This document shows, in pieces, positions 45,261-55,395 of a stretch of DNA of 64,000 bases (its first letter is position 1; every line of letters begins with the position of its first letter). The translations under genes and the position numbers were made by a program. The stretch covers positions 475,099 through 539,098 of the forward strand of contig CAZYUH010000001.1 of NCBI GenBank assembly GCA_964650645.1. Reading direction: 5' to 3'. The DNA is from an uncultured Candidatus Saccharibacteria bacterium (lineage in GTDB: Bacteria > Patescibacteriota > Minisyncoccia > Phycocordibacterales > SBAW01). The notes beneath the pieces are model-generated. The model was not told the DNA's origin and ran no database searches. It saw only the letters and a list, made by a program, of their open reading frames with translations.

Positions 45261-46505
45261 TTAATTATCGTTCAGCAGAAAATCCGCTAACGCCTCAAGG
45301 GGCAGGGTCTCTTCGCGGCCGCTTTCGAGATTGCGCACGGTGTAGTGCCCCTGCGCCAGCTCATCCTCGCCGACGACCATGAGCCACGGGATGCGGTGCC
45401 GGGCGGCGGCCTTTATCTGGTCGCCGAGCTTCTTCTCGCCGAAGTCGACGGCGACGTTGACGCCGGCGCGCCTGAGCGCTCCCGCCAGGGACTGCACCTG
45501 GTAGGCGAGCTCGGGCGAGGGCGTGGCGATGTAGAGCCGGGTGGGCGGGGCGTACGGGGGGATGAGGCCGCGCACCTCGAGGAAGAGCCGCATGGTCTCG
45601 TCGCCCATCCCGAAGCCCGCGCCCGGGAGGGGCTCGTTGTCAAAGAGGCTGGTGAGGTTGTCGTAGCGCCCGCCGCCGAACATCGCGCGGTTGTTATCGG
45701 GGTGCGCGTCGAACACCTCGAAGACCATGCCGGTGTAGTACGCGAAGCCGCGCACGATGGACGGGTCCCAGACGATGTTGCCAAGCCCCGCGTCCCTGAG
45801 CTGGGCGAGCATTTCGGCGATATCCTCCGGCGGCTCCTCGGGCAGTATCGCGCTCTCGGGCACGCTCAATTCGGAGAGCGCGTGGAGGAAGGCCTCGCGC
45901 GGCATCTTCTCGCGCTTGTCCAGGAGCGCGAAGAGCTTCGCGGCATCGCCCTCGCCAAGCCCCAGCTCGGCAATGGCGCCGTTTATGTGGGCGCGCGAGC
46001 CGACGCGGATAATAAAGTCGCTCTCGGACGCGCCGAACGCCATGACCATGCCGTAGGCGACGGCGAGTATCTCGGCGTCGGCCGCGGGGGAGCGCGAGCC
46101 GAACAGGTCCACGTTGAGCTGCCAGAACTCGCGCAGGCGGCCGCGCTGGGGCCGCTCGTAGCGGAAGCAGTTGGGGATGGAATAGTAGCGAAGCGGCATC
46201 CCCAGCTCGCGCCGGCGCGCCGCCACCATGCGCGCCACCGTCGGGGTCATCTCGGGCCTGAGCGTCACCTCGCGCTCGCCGCGGTCCGCGAAGGTGTACG
46301 TCTGCTCGGACACCATTTCCTCGTTGTCGGCGCCCTTCGCGCGGTACAGGCTCGCGGGCTCCAGGATGGACGCCCCGTATTCGACGTAGCCGGCACGTTC
46401 GGCGACCTCGCGCCAGATTTTGAAGATGTAATTCTGGAGCGCCTGGTCCTCGGGATAGAAGTCGCGCACGCCCTTATAGGGCTCGGTAGGGAGTTTTTTG
46501 GACAT
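45261..46505 (-). CDS. hisS: Histidine-tRNA ligase
   Basis: KGVRDF, LRPEMT, FRYERPQRGRLREFWQ, RGFAYYTG, GGGRYD. Confidence 0.97.
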   Translation of the reverse strand: MSKKLPTEPYKGVRDFYPEDQALQNYIFKIWREVAERAGYVEYGASILEPASLYRAKGADNEEMVSEQTYTFADRGEREVTLRPEMTPTVARMVAARRRELGMPLRYYSIPNCFRYERPQRGRLREFWQLNVDLFGSRSPAADAEILAVAYGMVMAFGASESDFIIRVGSRAHINGAIAELGLGEGDAAKLFALLDKREKMPREAFLHALSELSVPESAILPEEPPEDIAEMLAQLRDAGLGNIVWDPSIVRGFAYYTGMVFEVFDAHPDNNRAMFGGGRYDNLTSLFDNEPLPGAGFGMGDETMRLFLEVRGLIPPYAPPTRLYIATPSPELAYQVQSLAGALRRAGVNVAVDFGEKKLGDQIKAAARHRIPWLMVVGEDELAQGHYTVRNLESGREETLPLEALADFLLNDN

Positions 46506-46639
46506 GTTTTGGAAATTCGGGGCCTTGCTGGTATTCTAGCAGTAATATGAGGGGTTTGCCTCATACGGCGGCCTGCTTTCCCGGAGGAAAGCGGCGCCTT
46601 TCCGCCCCGCCGCCCCAGGCCACGGACGATATTCTGCAC

Positions 46640-47434
46640 ATGCCCGGTACTCCTCCCATCAAACGAAATACCTCAGGACAAGTCCTCAATCTCTACAAGA
46701 AGCTCGGCGAGACGCCCCGGGAGCGCCTTGAGCGCCTCCGCGCGCAGAAGCCCCACTATGCGCACGAAGTCCTTTCCTACGCCGGGCGGCTCGACCCCAT
46801 GGCCGAGGGCGTCCTCTTGTGCCTCGTAGGCTCGGCCAACAAGCGCCGCGATGCGTACCTTGACCTGTCCAAGGAGTACGTGCTCGACATACTCTTCGGA
46901 TTCTCCACCGATACGTACGACATCCTGGGGCGCGTCATGGAGACGGGCGACGCGTCGGGCCTGAGCAAGAAGCTGCTCCTGCGGGCGCTCGATGAGTTCA
47001 GGGGGCAGCTGAGCCAGGAGTATCCGCCGTACTCGAGCAAGCCGGTGGAGGGCAAGTCGCTGTTCGAGTGGGCGCGCGCCAACGCGCTGTCCTCCATACT
47101 CCTGCCGACCCGCAGCGTGACCATATACGACATCGAGATAGAGAAGCTCTACAAGGTGAAGGAGCCGCAGCTTTTGCAGTACATAGAGGAGAGCGTCGGC
47201 CGCGTCGGCGGCGACTTCAGGCAGGAGGAGATACTCGCGGCCTGGCACAAGAACCTCAAGAAGAAGGGCGACCGCGAGTTCCCGTGCGCGACGGTGCGCA
47301 TCGCCTGTTCCTCCGGCACCTACGCACGCTCCATTGCTCACGGCGTCGGAGGGCACCTGGGCGTCCCCGCGCTCGCGCTCCATATTTTGCGCACCCGGGC
47401 GGGGGAGTACGAGGTAGAAAAGAGCCTCAAATAG
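46640..47434 (+). CDS. truB: tRNA pseudouridine synthase B
   Basis: YAGRLDPMAEGVL, KEY, TDTYD, PPYSS, CSSGTYARS, RTRAG. Start reassigned to ATG 46640. Confidence 0.88.
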   Translation: MPGTPPIKRNTSGQVLNLYKKLGETPRERLERLRAQKPHYAHEVLSYAGRLDPMAEGVLLCLVGSANKRRDAYLDLSKEYVLDILFGFSTDTYDILGRVMETGDASGLSKKLLLRALDEFRGQLSQEYPPYSSKPVEGKSLFEWARANALSSILLPTRSVTIYDIEIEKLYKVKEPQLLQYIEESVGRVGGDFRQEEILAAWHKNLKKKGDREFPCATVRIACSSGTYARSIAHGVGGHLGVPALALHILRTRAGEYEVEKSLK

Positions 47435-47518
47435 CCTGCCGGAGCGGCGCCTGTACAAAACGGGCCGCGCGGGGTATTTTTGCAATGGAGTATCCGCAAT
47501 AGAGCCCGGGAGGAGCCT

Positions 47519-48088
47519 TTGGCATTGGCATTCAAGAGGGCGCCCCTGGCGCCGACAGTACGCGAGTCCGGCTGGACGGCCGTCGGGTTTCCCGACTCGT
47601 ATTCCATCGCGCTCGAGGCGTGCGTGCGCCCGTCGGACTCGCTAGAGTCCGCCATAGCAAGCGGCGCGGGCGACACGTCGGGGCTGGTGTCCGAGCGGCT
47701 ATGCCGCGCGCAGGAAGAGGCTCCCAGGGAGTCCGGCCGCCCGCGCAGGGAGGTCCTGCTCGTGTGCTTCGGCGCGTTCGTGAGGCAGCGCGTCTTCGAT
47801 AAATTCGCCGCGCAGGTCATGAGCGAGGAAGGAGTGCGGTACATGGGGCTCAGGACCCTGCTTGCCATCGGGAGCCAGCACGGCGACCTGTGCCGCGCAC
47901 GGGGAATGAGCCGCATGCGGCTCGTGTCCCTGGCGCGCCACGTGCAGCACGATTCCTTATGGCGCGTTCCCGTGCTCCATCAGGAGGACTGGGGGGACGG
48001 CATTGCCAGCGCGCTGAAGCTCGAGCCGTATGACTACGGCTGGAGCGCCGAGCACGTGTTCGGGTTCGAGAGGGACGCGGACACATGA
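47519..48088 (+). CDS. Hypothetical protein
   Basis: GGAGG before TTG; globular-looking ORF ending before a terminator at about 48124-48150; start uncertain. Confidence 0.55.
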   Translation: MALAFKRAPLAPTVRESGWTAVGFPDSYSIALEACVRPSDSLESAIASGAGDTSGLVSERLCRAQEEAPRESGRPRREVLLVCFGAFVRQRVFDKFAAQVMSEEGVRYMGLRTLLAIGSQHGDLCRARGMSRMRLVSLARHVQHDSLWRVPVLHQEDWGDGIASALKLEPYDYGWSAEHVFGFERDADT

Positions 48089-48173
48089 AGCAGACGCGCT
48101 TCGGGCCGCGCTCATGCGCAAGGAAAGGCCGCCCCTTCGGGGCGGCCTTTATTTTTCCAAGAAGGGGGCGGCC

Positions 48174-49166
48174 CTACCAATCGAGTTCGCCGGTCTTGTA
48201 CTCGGTCACGCGCGTCTCGAAGAAGTTCTTCTCCTTGGGCATGTCCATTATCTCGCTCATCCACGGGAAGGGGTTGTCCTTGTGGTACTGGCGCTCGAGC
48301 CCGATGCGCTCCAGGCGTCTGTCGGCAATATGCTCGACGTACTGCTTGACCGTCGCGGGCACGAGGCCCACCACGCCGCGCGGCAGGGCGTCATCGGCGT
48401 ACTTCTTCTCGAGCTCGACGGCGGCCTTTATGTTGTCGGTGAGCGTCTTCCTGAACTCGGGCGTCCATATCTCAGGGTTCTCCTGCACTATCGTGTTGAT
48501 GAGGTCGACGCCGAACGCGAGGTGCACCGATTCGTCGCGCAGGATGAACTGGAACTGCTCGCCGATGCCGACCATGCGGTTCTTGCGGAGCATCGAGAGC
48601 ATCATCGCGAAGCCGGCGTAGAAGAACACGCCCTCCATGATGACGTAGAAGCCTACGAGGTCGTGCACGAACTTCTGGATGTTCTCGGTGCCCTGGGTGG
48701 TGAAGCTGTCGTCGAACACCGACTTGGTGAGGTTGACCACGAACTCGTCCTTCTCCTTGATGGAGGGGATGGTCTCGTACATCTTGTATATCTCGTCGGG
48801 GTTGAGGCCGAGCGTGTCGCAGCAGTAGATGAACGTGTCGGTGTGCACGGCCTCCTCGTAGGCCTGGCGCAGGAGGTACTGGCGGCACTCGGGGTTGGTG
48901 ATGTGCTTGTAAATGGCCAGCACGAGGTTGTTGGCGGTCAGCGACTCGGCCGTCGAGAAGAACCCGAGGTTCCACAGTATCATGCGGCGCTCGTCCTCGG
49001 AGAGCGCGCCCGGCTTCTTCCAGAGCTCTACGTCCTGCTGCATGGACACCTCCTCGGGCACCCAGTTGTTGGCGACGCCCTTCTTGTAGTGCGTGCGCGC
49101 CCACTTGTACTTCATCGGCAGGATCTTGTTCGGATCCGTCGTGCTTGCGCCGTTTATCACTCCCAT
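48174..49166 (-). CDS. nrdB: Ribonucleotide reductase small subunit, class Ic (R2c) signature
   Basis: FFSTAESL, EEAVHTDTF, EGVFFYAGF, RDESVH, NFFETRVTEY. Confidence 0.95.
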   Translation of the reverse strand: MGVINGASTTDPNKILPMKYKWARTHYKKGVANNWVPEEVSMQQDVELWKKPGALSEDERRMILWNLGFFSTAESLTANNLVLAIYKHITNPECRQYLLRQAYEEAVHTDTFIYCCDTLGLNPDEIYKMYETIPSIKEKDEFVVNLTKSVFDDSFTTQGTENIQKFVHDLVGFYVIMEGVFFYAGFAMMLSMLRKNRMVGIGEQFQFILRDESVHLAFGVDLINTIVQENPEIWTPEFRKTLTDNIKAAVELEKKYADDALPRGVVGLVPATVKQYVEHIADRRLERIGLERQYHKDNPFPWMSEIMDMPKEKNFFETRVTEYKTGELDW

Positions 49167-49368
49167 ACCGCGTGGCTGAAATTTAATCGGTTCATTGGCT
49201 TTATTTTACCCGCCCCGCATGGGGCGGGGCAAGTATAATCCATATAGCGGCACTTATTTCTCCCCGTGCAAGGAGTTGACACCGTGCTTCGGGAGGTGTG
49301 TAATAGCTCATGGACTGACGCGGGCCCATAAAAGGGCCCTCGTATCCTTTGCTCGAGAGGGGGAGAGT

Positions 49369-49680
49369 ATGGATTTTAATATAAATGTTCTTATCGCGCT
49401 GTCGGGGCTCGCGCTCCTGTGCGTCTGCCTTGCCGTCCACGGATATGTGCAGGCGGAGATCGGCCTGTTTTTCCTAGCGGGCCTCGTGTCTCCCGAGTCC
49501 GGCCTGCACGAGGTGCGGCCGCTGCGCCTGCCCAAGATCGATGCGCTCGACCTGCGGGGCGGCTCCGAGTTCGAGCGCTTCCTCGCCGCCCGGCTCAGGA
49601 AAAGGGAGCTTGAGCGCGCCGCTGCGCCCAGGCCCGGCGGGTTCGAGCCGTTCCCGCCCGGCTGGTATGCCGCCTGCTAG
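49369..49680 (+). CDS. Hypothetical membrane protein between nrdA and nrdB
   Basis: G-rich SD before ATG 49369; N-terminal TMs; terminator at about 49693-49741. Confidence 0.55.
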   Translation: MDFNINVLIALSGLALLCVCLAVHGYVQAEIGLFFLAGLVSPESGLHEVRPLRLPKIDALDLRGGSEFERFLAARLRKRELERAAAPRPGGFEPFPPGWYAAC

Positions 49681-49756
49681 GGCCTGTGCGGCCAAAAGGC
49701 CCAAACGAAAAGACCCCGCGTCTAGTTTGGGGCCTTTTCTTTATGTATTCGCTTGG

Positions 49757-52700
49757 TTACGCGCTGCAGGACTCGCAGGCCTCGCTCAATACTTCGAGCT
49801 TGGGGCGGTTCGTCACCGCGACCTTTCCGGCGCCGAACGAGGGGATGCCGGCCGAGCCGCCCAAGGGCGACGCGGCGGCCGCTTCGAACATCGAGCCCGG
49901 GGCGTACGGCGCCTGCTTTGCCTGCTCGATGAGCTCCAGCTGGCCCGCCGCGACCTGCTCGTTCTCCACCTCGGCGACCACCTGGCCGACGCTCATCATC
50001 GAGACGGCTTCCTGGGCGCTGTGCGCGTGCATGGCCTGCGCCATGAGGGTGTCCTGGCTTACCGCGGCCGCGGTTTCCTGCAGTGTCACCGGGCTTGGCA
50101 TGGGCGCCGGGGAGGGCGCTCCCGTGCCTGCGCCGGCGGCGTGCTTGGCGCTGTCTATAGTCGACTTCTCGACGCGCGACGCGCCGAGCGAGCGCAGGTA
50201 GTAGGTGGTCTTCAATCCCATGCTCCACGCGTACTGGTAGATTTCCGAGAGCACGCGGCCCGAGGTGCCGCCGTAGAATATGTTCAAGGACTGCGACTGG
50301 TCGATCCAGCGGCCGCGGTAGGCGGCGGCCTTGATGAGCCACTGCGGCTCCATCTCGAACACCTCCTTGTACTTCTCGCGCACCTGCGGCGGGATTTCCA
50401 GTATCGACTGCACGGAGCCGTCGTGGAACTTGATCTTCTCGAGCATGTCCTGGTTCCACAGCCCGAGCGCCTTGAGGTCGGCAACGAGGAACTCGTTGAC
50501 TATCATGAAGTCGCCGGCCATGTTGGACTTCACGTAGATGTTCTTGTAAATGGGCTCGACGGTGGGATAGCAGCCGGCGATGTTGGCCGTGGTGGCCGTG
50601 GGCGCGTGGGCCTGGGTGTTGGAGTTGCGCATGCCCCACTGGCGCACGGCCTCGCGCACCAGGCGCCAGTCGAGCGTCTCGTGGCGCGGCACGTCAATCT
50701 TCTGGCCGCGCTCCTGCTCCAAGAGGGCGAGCGTGTCCTGCGGGAGTATGCCGCGGTCCCACTTGGAGCCCTTGTAGGTCTCGTAGGTGCCGCGCTCCTT
50801 GGCGAGCAGGGCGGAGGAGAGCACCGCGTGGTAGGAGATGACCTCCTGGCTCTCGTCGCTGAACTTGACCGCCTGGTCGGTATCGAAGTTGATGCCCATC
50901 TTGTAGAGCGCGTCCATGAGCCCGCGAAGCCCTAAGCCCACGGGGCGGTGGCGCATGTTGGAGTTCTTCGTCTTTTCGGTCGGGTAGAAGTTGACGTCGA
51001 TGACGTTGTCGAGCATGCGCATGGCGACCGGCACCACGCGCGCCACCAGGTCGCGGTCGAACTTAGCGTCGGCAGTCACGAAGGCGCCGAGGTTGAGGCT
51101 CCCGAGGTTGCACACGGCGGTCTCGGTCTTGCTGGTGTTGAGCGTTATCTCGGTGCAGAGGTTGGAGGAGTGCACGACGCCCACGTGGTCCTGAGGCGAG
51201 CGCACGTTGGAGGGGTCCTTCCATGTTATCCACGGGTGGCCCGTCTCGAAGAGCATGGTGATGTGCTTGCGCCACAGCTCCTGCGCGCGGATGACCTTAT
51301 GGAGCTTTATCTTCCCCTCCTGGGCCATCTGCTCGTAGCGCTCGTACGCCTCGTCGAAGCGCTTGCCGTACAGGTCGTGGAGGTCGACGACGTCCGACGG
51401 GCTGAACAGCGTCCATGTGCCGTCCTCCTTCAGGCGCTTCATGAACAAATCCGGTATCCAGGTAGCGGTGTTGAGGTCGTGCGCGCGGCGGCGCTCGTCG
51501 CCGGTGTTCTTGCGCAGGTCGATGAAGTCCTCTATTTCAAGGTGCCAGTACTCGAGGTACACGGCCGTGGCGCCGCGGCGGCGCCCCGAGCGGTTGATGG
51601 AGATGGTGACGTCGTTCTGGATGCGCAGGAACGGCACCACGCCCTGGCTTTCCACGCCGGTCTTCGATACCAGCGAGCCCGCGGCGCGGATGTAGGACCA
51701 GTCGACGCCCAGGCCGCCCGCGTACTTCAAAAGCTGGGCGCCGTCCTTGTACTCGTCGAATATGGAATGGAGGTCGTCCGGCACGGTGGAAAGGAAGCAC
51801 GAGGAGAGCTGGGGCACGGTGGTGCCGGCATGGTAGAGCGTGGGGGAGGACGGCATGTAGTACATGGCCGACATTATCTCGTAGAACTCTATGGCCTGGG
51901 CCTCGCGCGCCTCGGGTGTCTTCTCGGCCAGGGCGCAGCCCATGGCGACGCGCATCCAGAACATCTGCGGGGTCTCGAGGAGCTTGCGGGTCTTCACTTC
52001 CTTTGAAAGGTAGTTGGAGTGCAGGGTCTGGAGGCCGAGGTACTTGAAGTCGTTGTCGCGCTCGATGACGAGGGCGTCGGCGAGCTTGGCCAAGTCGAAC
52101 GAAAGAAGCTCCTTGTCAAACCAGCCGGTCTCGACGCCGCGGGCAATATTGCGCGCGAAGGCCGCCTTGTGCTCGTCCTCGAGCTTTGAGTAGTCGGCTA
52201 TGTCGCCTATGGCCTCGCGGTACATGTGCTGCAAAAGGAGGCGCGCGGCGACGTAGGAGTAGGCCGGGTCGCGCTCGATGAGCGAGCGGGTCACCATGAT
52301 GAGCACGTCGTGGATGTCCTTGGTCTTGATGCCGTCGTACATTTCCTGGCGCACGCGCGATATGACGGTCGGCGCGTCGATGACGCTCTCGTAGCCCGCA
52401 GAGGCGAACGCGAGGGTGCGCGCGAGCTTCGCCTCGGAGAAGGGCTCGCGGGCGCCGCCGCGCTTCTCAATAAGAAGGGCGTTCTCCTCTATCTTCTCCG
52501 CGACCTCCTGCTTTGCCTCCTCGCGGGCCTTGGCGTGCTCGTAGCGGTAGATGATGTAGTCCTTGGCGACGCCGAAGTACCCGCGCTCCATGAGCGCGTT
52601 CTCAACGAGGTCCTGCACGTCCTCGACGGTGGGGATGAACGCCGTGTTGCCGTACTTTGCTTCCAGGGTATCGACGACCGCCTTGGTAATGGCGATGGCG

Positions 52701-52819
52701 TCGCGGTCGTGGCTGTCGCCCAGCACTGCGGCGAACGCCTTCTGCACCGCGACGGTTATCTTTGCGGGCTCGAAATCCGCTATGGACCCGTTGCGCTTCT
52801 TGACTTTAGGCGTTGCCAT
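49757..52819 (-). CDS. nrdA: Ribonucleotide reductase large subunit, class I, two ATP cones
   Basis: VKKRNG and IEKRGG cones, PSSPT..QLSSCF, SSNLCTEI, AVCNLGS, APTATT, KTTYY, terminal CESC. Confidence 0.96.
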   Translation of the reverse strand: MATPKVKKRNGSIADFEPAKITVAVQKAFAAVLGDSHDRDAIAITKAVVDTLEAKYGNTAFIPTVEDVQDLVENALMERGYFGVAKDYIIYRYEHAKAREEAKQEVAEKIEENALLIEKRGGAREPFSEAKLARTLAFASAGYESVIDAPTVISRVRQEMYDGIKTKDIHDVLIMVTRSLIERDPAYSYVAARLLLQHMYREAIGDIADYSKLEDEHKAAFARNIARGVETGWFDKELLSFDLAKLADALVIERDNDFKYLGLQTLHSNYLSKEVKTRKLLETPQMFWMRVAMGCALAEKTPEAREAQAIEFYEIMSAMYYMPSSPTLYHAGTTVPQLSSCFLSTVPDDLHSIFDEYKDGAQLLKYAGGLGVDWSYIRAAGSLVSKTGVESQGVVPFLRIQNDVTISINRSGRRRGATAVYLEYWHLEIEDFIDLRKNTGDERRRAHDLNTATWIPDLFMKRLKEDGTWTLFSPSDVVDLHDLYGKRFDEAYERYEQMAQEGKIKLHKVIRAQELWRKHITMLFETGHPWITWKDPSNVRSPQDHVGVVHSSNLCTEITLNTSKTETAVCNLGSLNLGAFVTADAKFDRDLVARVVPVAMRMLDNVIDVNFYPTEKTKNSNMRHRPVGLGLRGLMDALYKMGINFDTDQAVKFSDESQEVISYHAVLSSALLAKERGTYETYKGSKWDRGILPQDTLALLEQERGQKIDVPRHETLDWRLVREAVRQWGMRNSNTQAHAPTATTANIAGCYPTVEPIYKNIYVKSNMAGDFMIVNEFLVADLKALGLWNQDMLEKIKFHDGSVQSILEIPPQVREKYKEVFEMEPQWLIKAAAYRGRWIDQSQSLNIFYGGTSGRVLSEIYQYAWSMGLKTTYYLRSLGASRVEKSTIDSAKHAAGAGTGAPSPAPMPSPVTLQETAAAVSQDTLMAQAMHAHSAQEAVSMMSVGQVVAEVENEQVAAGQLELIEQAKQAPYAPGSMFEAAAASPLGGSAGIPSFGAGKVAVTNRPKLEVLSEACESCSA

Positions 52820-53069
52820 GATGGGAAGGGGGAATTAGGTGCTAAAAATGACTCCTCGTGCTCCTGCGAAGTATCGTAGGAGTTTCATTATCGCCCCGCG
52901 CGCGTGAAATCGGCCTGTGCATAACCAATCAGAGAACCAAATTCATCAAAATGCAACCAATTTTGCGCGAAACGGCGCAAAAGCGGGCCTTTTTGCCCTA
53001 AAAATGCCTTGTTTTTGGCTGTTTTCTCCCACCGCGAATGAGGGGCTAGTTGGGCTGTTTTGGGGTGTA

Positions 53070-53098
53070 TTGACAAATAGTTTTATAGGGTGTATAAT
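53070..53098 (+). promoter_or_regulatory. Perfect-consensus sigma70 promoter
   Basis: TTGACA (53070-53075)-17 bp-TATAAT (53093-53098). Confidence 0.88.
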
Positions 53099-53152
53099 TA
53101 GTGTGAAGTGGGCAGATAGGCTGTTCACGTTTTTCCGATGGGGGTAATTAGA

Positions 53153-53383
53153 ATGTTCGTTTCATACTGCGCTTGCGTTCCAGTGCTTCTGTTCGCCGCG
53201 CTCAAGGCGTACTCCGTATTCCATTTCCATTTCGGCCTGAGCGTGCGGCAATCGCAGGCGATTGCGGTGCTGGCCTACCTGGCGGTCCTGTTCGCGGTAA
53301 ACGCGCTGGCGTGGTCGGTATACGGGAAGAAAGAAGCCGTGCCGAAGTATGAGCTCGTTAAGGATCTTCCTAAAAGTTCTTGA
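53153..53383 (+). CDS. Small 2-TM hypothetical protein
   Basis: Lies between a consensus promoter and terminator 53405-53435; start is 53153 or 53138. Confidence 0.6.
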   Translation: MFVSYCACVPVLLFAALKAYSVFHFHFGLSVRQSQAIAVLAYLAVLFAVNALAWSVYGKKEAVPKYELVKDLPKSS

Positions 53384-53460
53384 ACAGGCGGCGCAAGCCG
53401 CCCTAAAGGCCCCGCACGTGCGGGGCCTTTTCTTTTCAAGCGGGAGTGTACAATAGGGGC

Positions 53461-53982
53461 ATGCATACCATAAGGCCCAAGGAGGACCAGAACTTCTGGA
53501 ACTTCCTCTTTTCCGTATTCTTTATCATCGTGCTGGTCGCGGGGCTCTGGGTCATGCGCGACGTGCGCGGCGGGTTCCTGACCTCGGTGCCGGCGTTCGA
53601 CGCCTTCATGATGGCCTTCGCCGCGTTCCGCATCACGCGCCTCGTGGTGTACGACAAGATAACCCGCTGGTTCCGCGAGCTCTTCGCGAAGAGGGCCGTA
53701 GTGGAGCGCGACGGCGTGCCGTACGTGGAAGTGACGCCGTACTCCAAGGGCTTTGCCGCCACGGTCTACGACCTCCTCAGCTGCCCGTGGTGCATCGGCA
53801 TCTGGTCCTCGGCCATAGTCGTGTTCGCGTACTTCATATTCCCGTGGGCGTGGTCGGTCATCTTCTTCCTCGCCATCGCGGGCGCAGGCTCGCTCCTGCA
53901 GGTTATCGCGAACGGTGTCGGCTGGCGCGCCGAGATCCTCAAGATGGAGGCCCAGGAGCAGAAGCGCGACCTGCGCTTGTAA
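53461..53982 (+). CDS. DUF1360-like membrane protein
   Basis: AFRITRLVVYDKIT..R and LLSCPWCIGIW motifs. Confidence 0.8.
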   Translation: MHTIRPKEDQNFWNFLFSVFFIIVLVAGLWVMRDVRGGFLTSVPAFDAFMMAFAAFRITRLVVYDKITRWFRELFAKRAVVERDGVPYVEVTPYSKGFAATVYDLLSCPWCIGIWSSAIVVFAYFIFPWAWSVIFFLAIAGAGSLLQVIANGVGWRAEILKMEAQEQKRDLRL

Positions 53983-53983
53983 A

Positions 53984-54090
53984 GGCTCCGCAAATCCTGA
54001 CCGGCAAGCGGTACCCGGCTTTTCTGGGGAAAACCGGCTGATCCTCGGTCGCCGCCTGCGGAGCCGCTTGCCGGTCAGATTCGCTCCGCA
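53984..54090 (+). repeat. Branched palindromic element, copy C (after DUF1360 stop)
   Basis: 15-bp arms 53997-54011/54064-54078; inner ccggcttttc/gaaaaccgg hairpin; core ctgatcctc...cctgcggagc; gctccgca on both flanks; terminator at 54093-54119. Confidence 0.88.
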
Positions 54091-54143
54091 TCAAAAAAAC
54101 TCCCCGAGGGGAGTTTTTTCGCGAAATTGATTCCGCGGAGCCT

Positions 54144-54614
54144 TTAGAACCTGACCGGAATCTCGAGCGACTTGTCGTTCTCGGGGAGGCCGGAGGGGTT
54201 GTCGTTGCGCAGCACTACGGTGCCCACGGAGCCCGCGGGCTGGGCCGGGAAGGGGAGCGTTATCATGAACGGCACGTACTCCTCGGTCATCCAGTCGCCC
54301 TGCGCCTGCGCCGGGCCTTCGGCTATGACCGCGCCCGCCGCGTCCTTTATCTGGACGGGGAAGGAGGCCTCGAAGTACCAGGTGCCGCGCGCGCGGCCCC
54401 ACATGGTGAGCGGCGAGGAGATCGAGTCGTTGTCCTTGAGGGACTCGACGACCAGCAAGTCCTCGTAGGAGGGGTTCGGCGCCGGCGGCGTCGTGGCCGC
54501 CTGGCCGTCGCCCAGCGTCGGGGCCTTGGTGTTGCCCGGGAGCATGAAAAGGATAATGGCCGCGATAATGATAAGTATGCCCACTATGATGACCGCCCAT
54601 CCTGTCTTGTTCAT
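54144..54614 (-). CDS. Membrane-anchored Gmad2-type Ig-like domain protein
   Basis: TM then ISSPL..GRARGTWYFEASFPV..DNPSG. Confidence 0.8.
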   Translation of the reverse strand: MNKTGWAVIIVGILIIIAAIILFMLPGNTKAPTLGDGQAATTPPAPNPSYEDLLVVESLKDNDSISSPLTMWGRARGTWYFEASFPVQIKDAAGAVIAEGPAQAQGDWMTEEYVPFMITLPFPAQPAGSVGTVVLRNDNPSGLPENDKSLEIPVRF

Positions 54615-54639
54615 ATGCAAAGTATACCCGCGGCGCGCC

Positions 54640-55395
54640 TTACCGCAATAGGAACTCTATGAGCGTGGCGGTCTCCTGCGGGCTGAAGACCGGGTGGGCG
54701 CGCACGCCGGTCTTTACCACCACCGCGTCATTGCCGCCCTCTTCCAGGGCGTCGCCCACGTAGAGCATGTCTTTTGCGGGAATGCCCGAAATCTCGCTGA
54801 GGCGCTTGATGCCGTATGCCTTGTCTATGCCCTTGCGGGTGATGTCGACCGACGTCGAGCCGCCCGTGGCCACCGAGAACTCGGGGAGGCGCTTTTCAAC
54901 GGCCTCGCGCAGGACGCGGCGCTTCTCGCCCGAGGGGTCCCATTTGAGCTTCTCGTCGAGCGGCGCCTCCTGCCCCAGTCCCGAGAACACTATTTCCGCG
55001 CCGCGGTCCTCGATGCGCTCGCCCCATACGCGCTCCGGCTCCTGCGCGAGGCCGGCGTCTCCAAGCGCCTCCTTGAGCCCCGCGAGGATGCGCCCGCGCT
55101 CTTCTTCCGTAAAGGCGTAGTCGTAGTGCGGGTGCCACGAGCCTGTCTTGTGAACGAAGCACTGCGCCGCGTTGTCGGGAAAGAGGTAGAGGTTGCGCAG
55201 GGGCGCATCGTCGGAGAGCGCCGAGAGGAACTGCTTCTCGAACTGCGGGAAGCCGGCGCCGGACATGACGGCCACCGGCATCCTCGAAAGGAGGCGCGAT
55301 ACGAGCGCGCCCATTTCGGGGCTCAGCGGCTGCTTTGACTCGGCGAGCGTGCCGTCGAGGTCGAAGGCGACGAGTTTCGGGAGCGGCGTGGTCAT
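54640..55395 (-). CDS. HAD-IIB family enzyme, phosphomannomutase-like
   Basis: FDLDGTL, MSGA, IEDRG, GGSTSVD, DKAYG, VGDALEEGGND (eukaryotic PMM-like GD..GGND). Start at ATG 55395. Confidence 0.85.
   Translation of the reverse strand: MTTPLPKLVAFDLDGTLAESKQPLSPEMGALVSRLLSRMPVAVMSGAGFPQFEKQFLSALSDDAPLRNLYLFPDNAAQCFVHKTGSWHPHYDYAFTEEERGRILAGLKEALGDAGLAQEPERVWGERIEDRGAEIVFSGLGQEAPLDEKLKWDPSGEKRRVLREAVEKRLPEFSVATGGSTSVDITRKGIDKAYGIKRLSEISGIPAKDMLYVGDALEEGGNDAVVVKTGVRAHPVFSPQETATLIEFLLR

Noticed and set aside
52820-53060. NrdR boxes or a replication origin upstream of nrdA
   Set aside because: No NrdR palindrome; only one imperfect DnaA-box-like 9-mer.
54038-54066. UCCUCG loop in element C as an HDV-like ribozyme
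   Set aside because: P1, P2 and the catalytic J4/2 could not be assembled in the required order.
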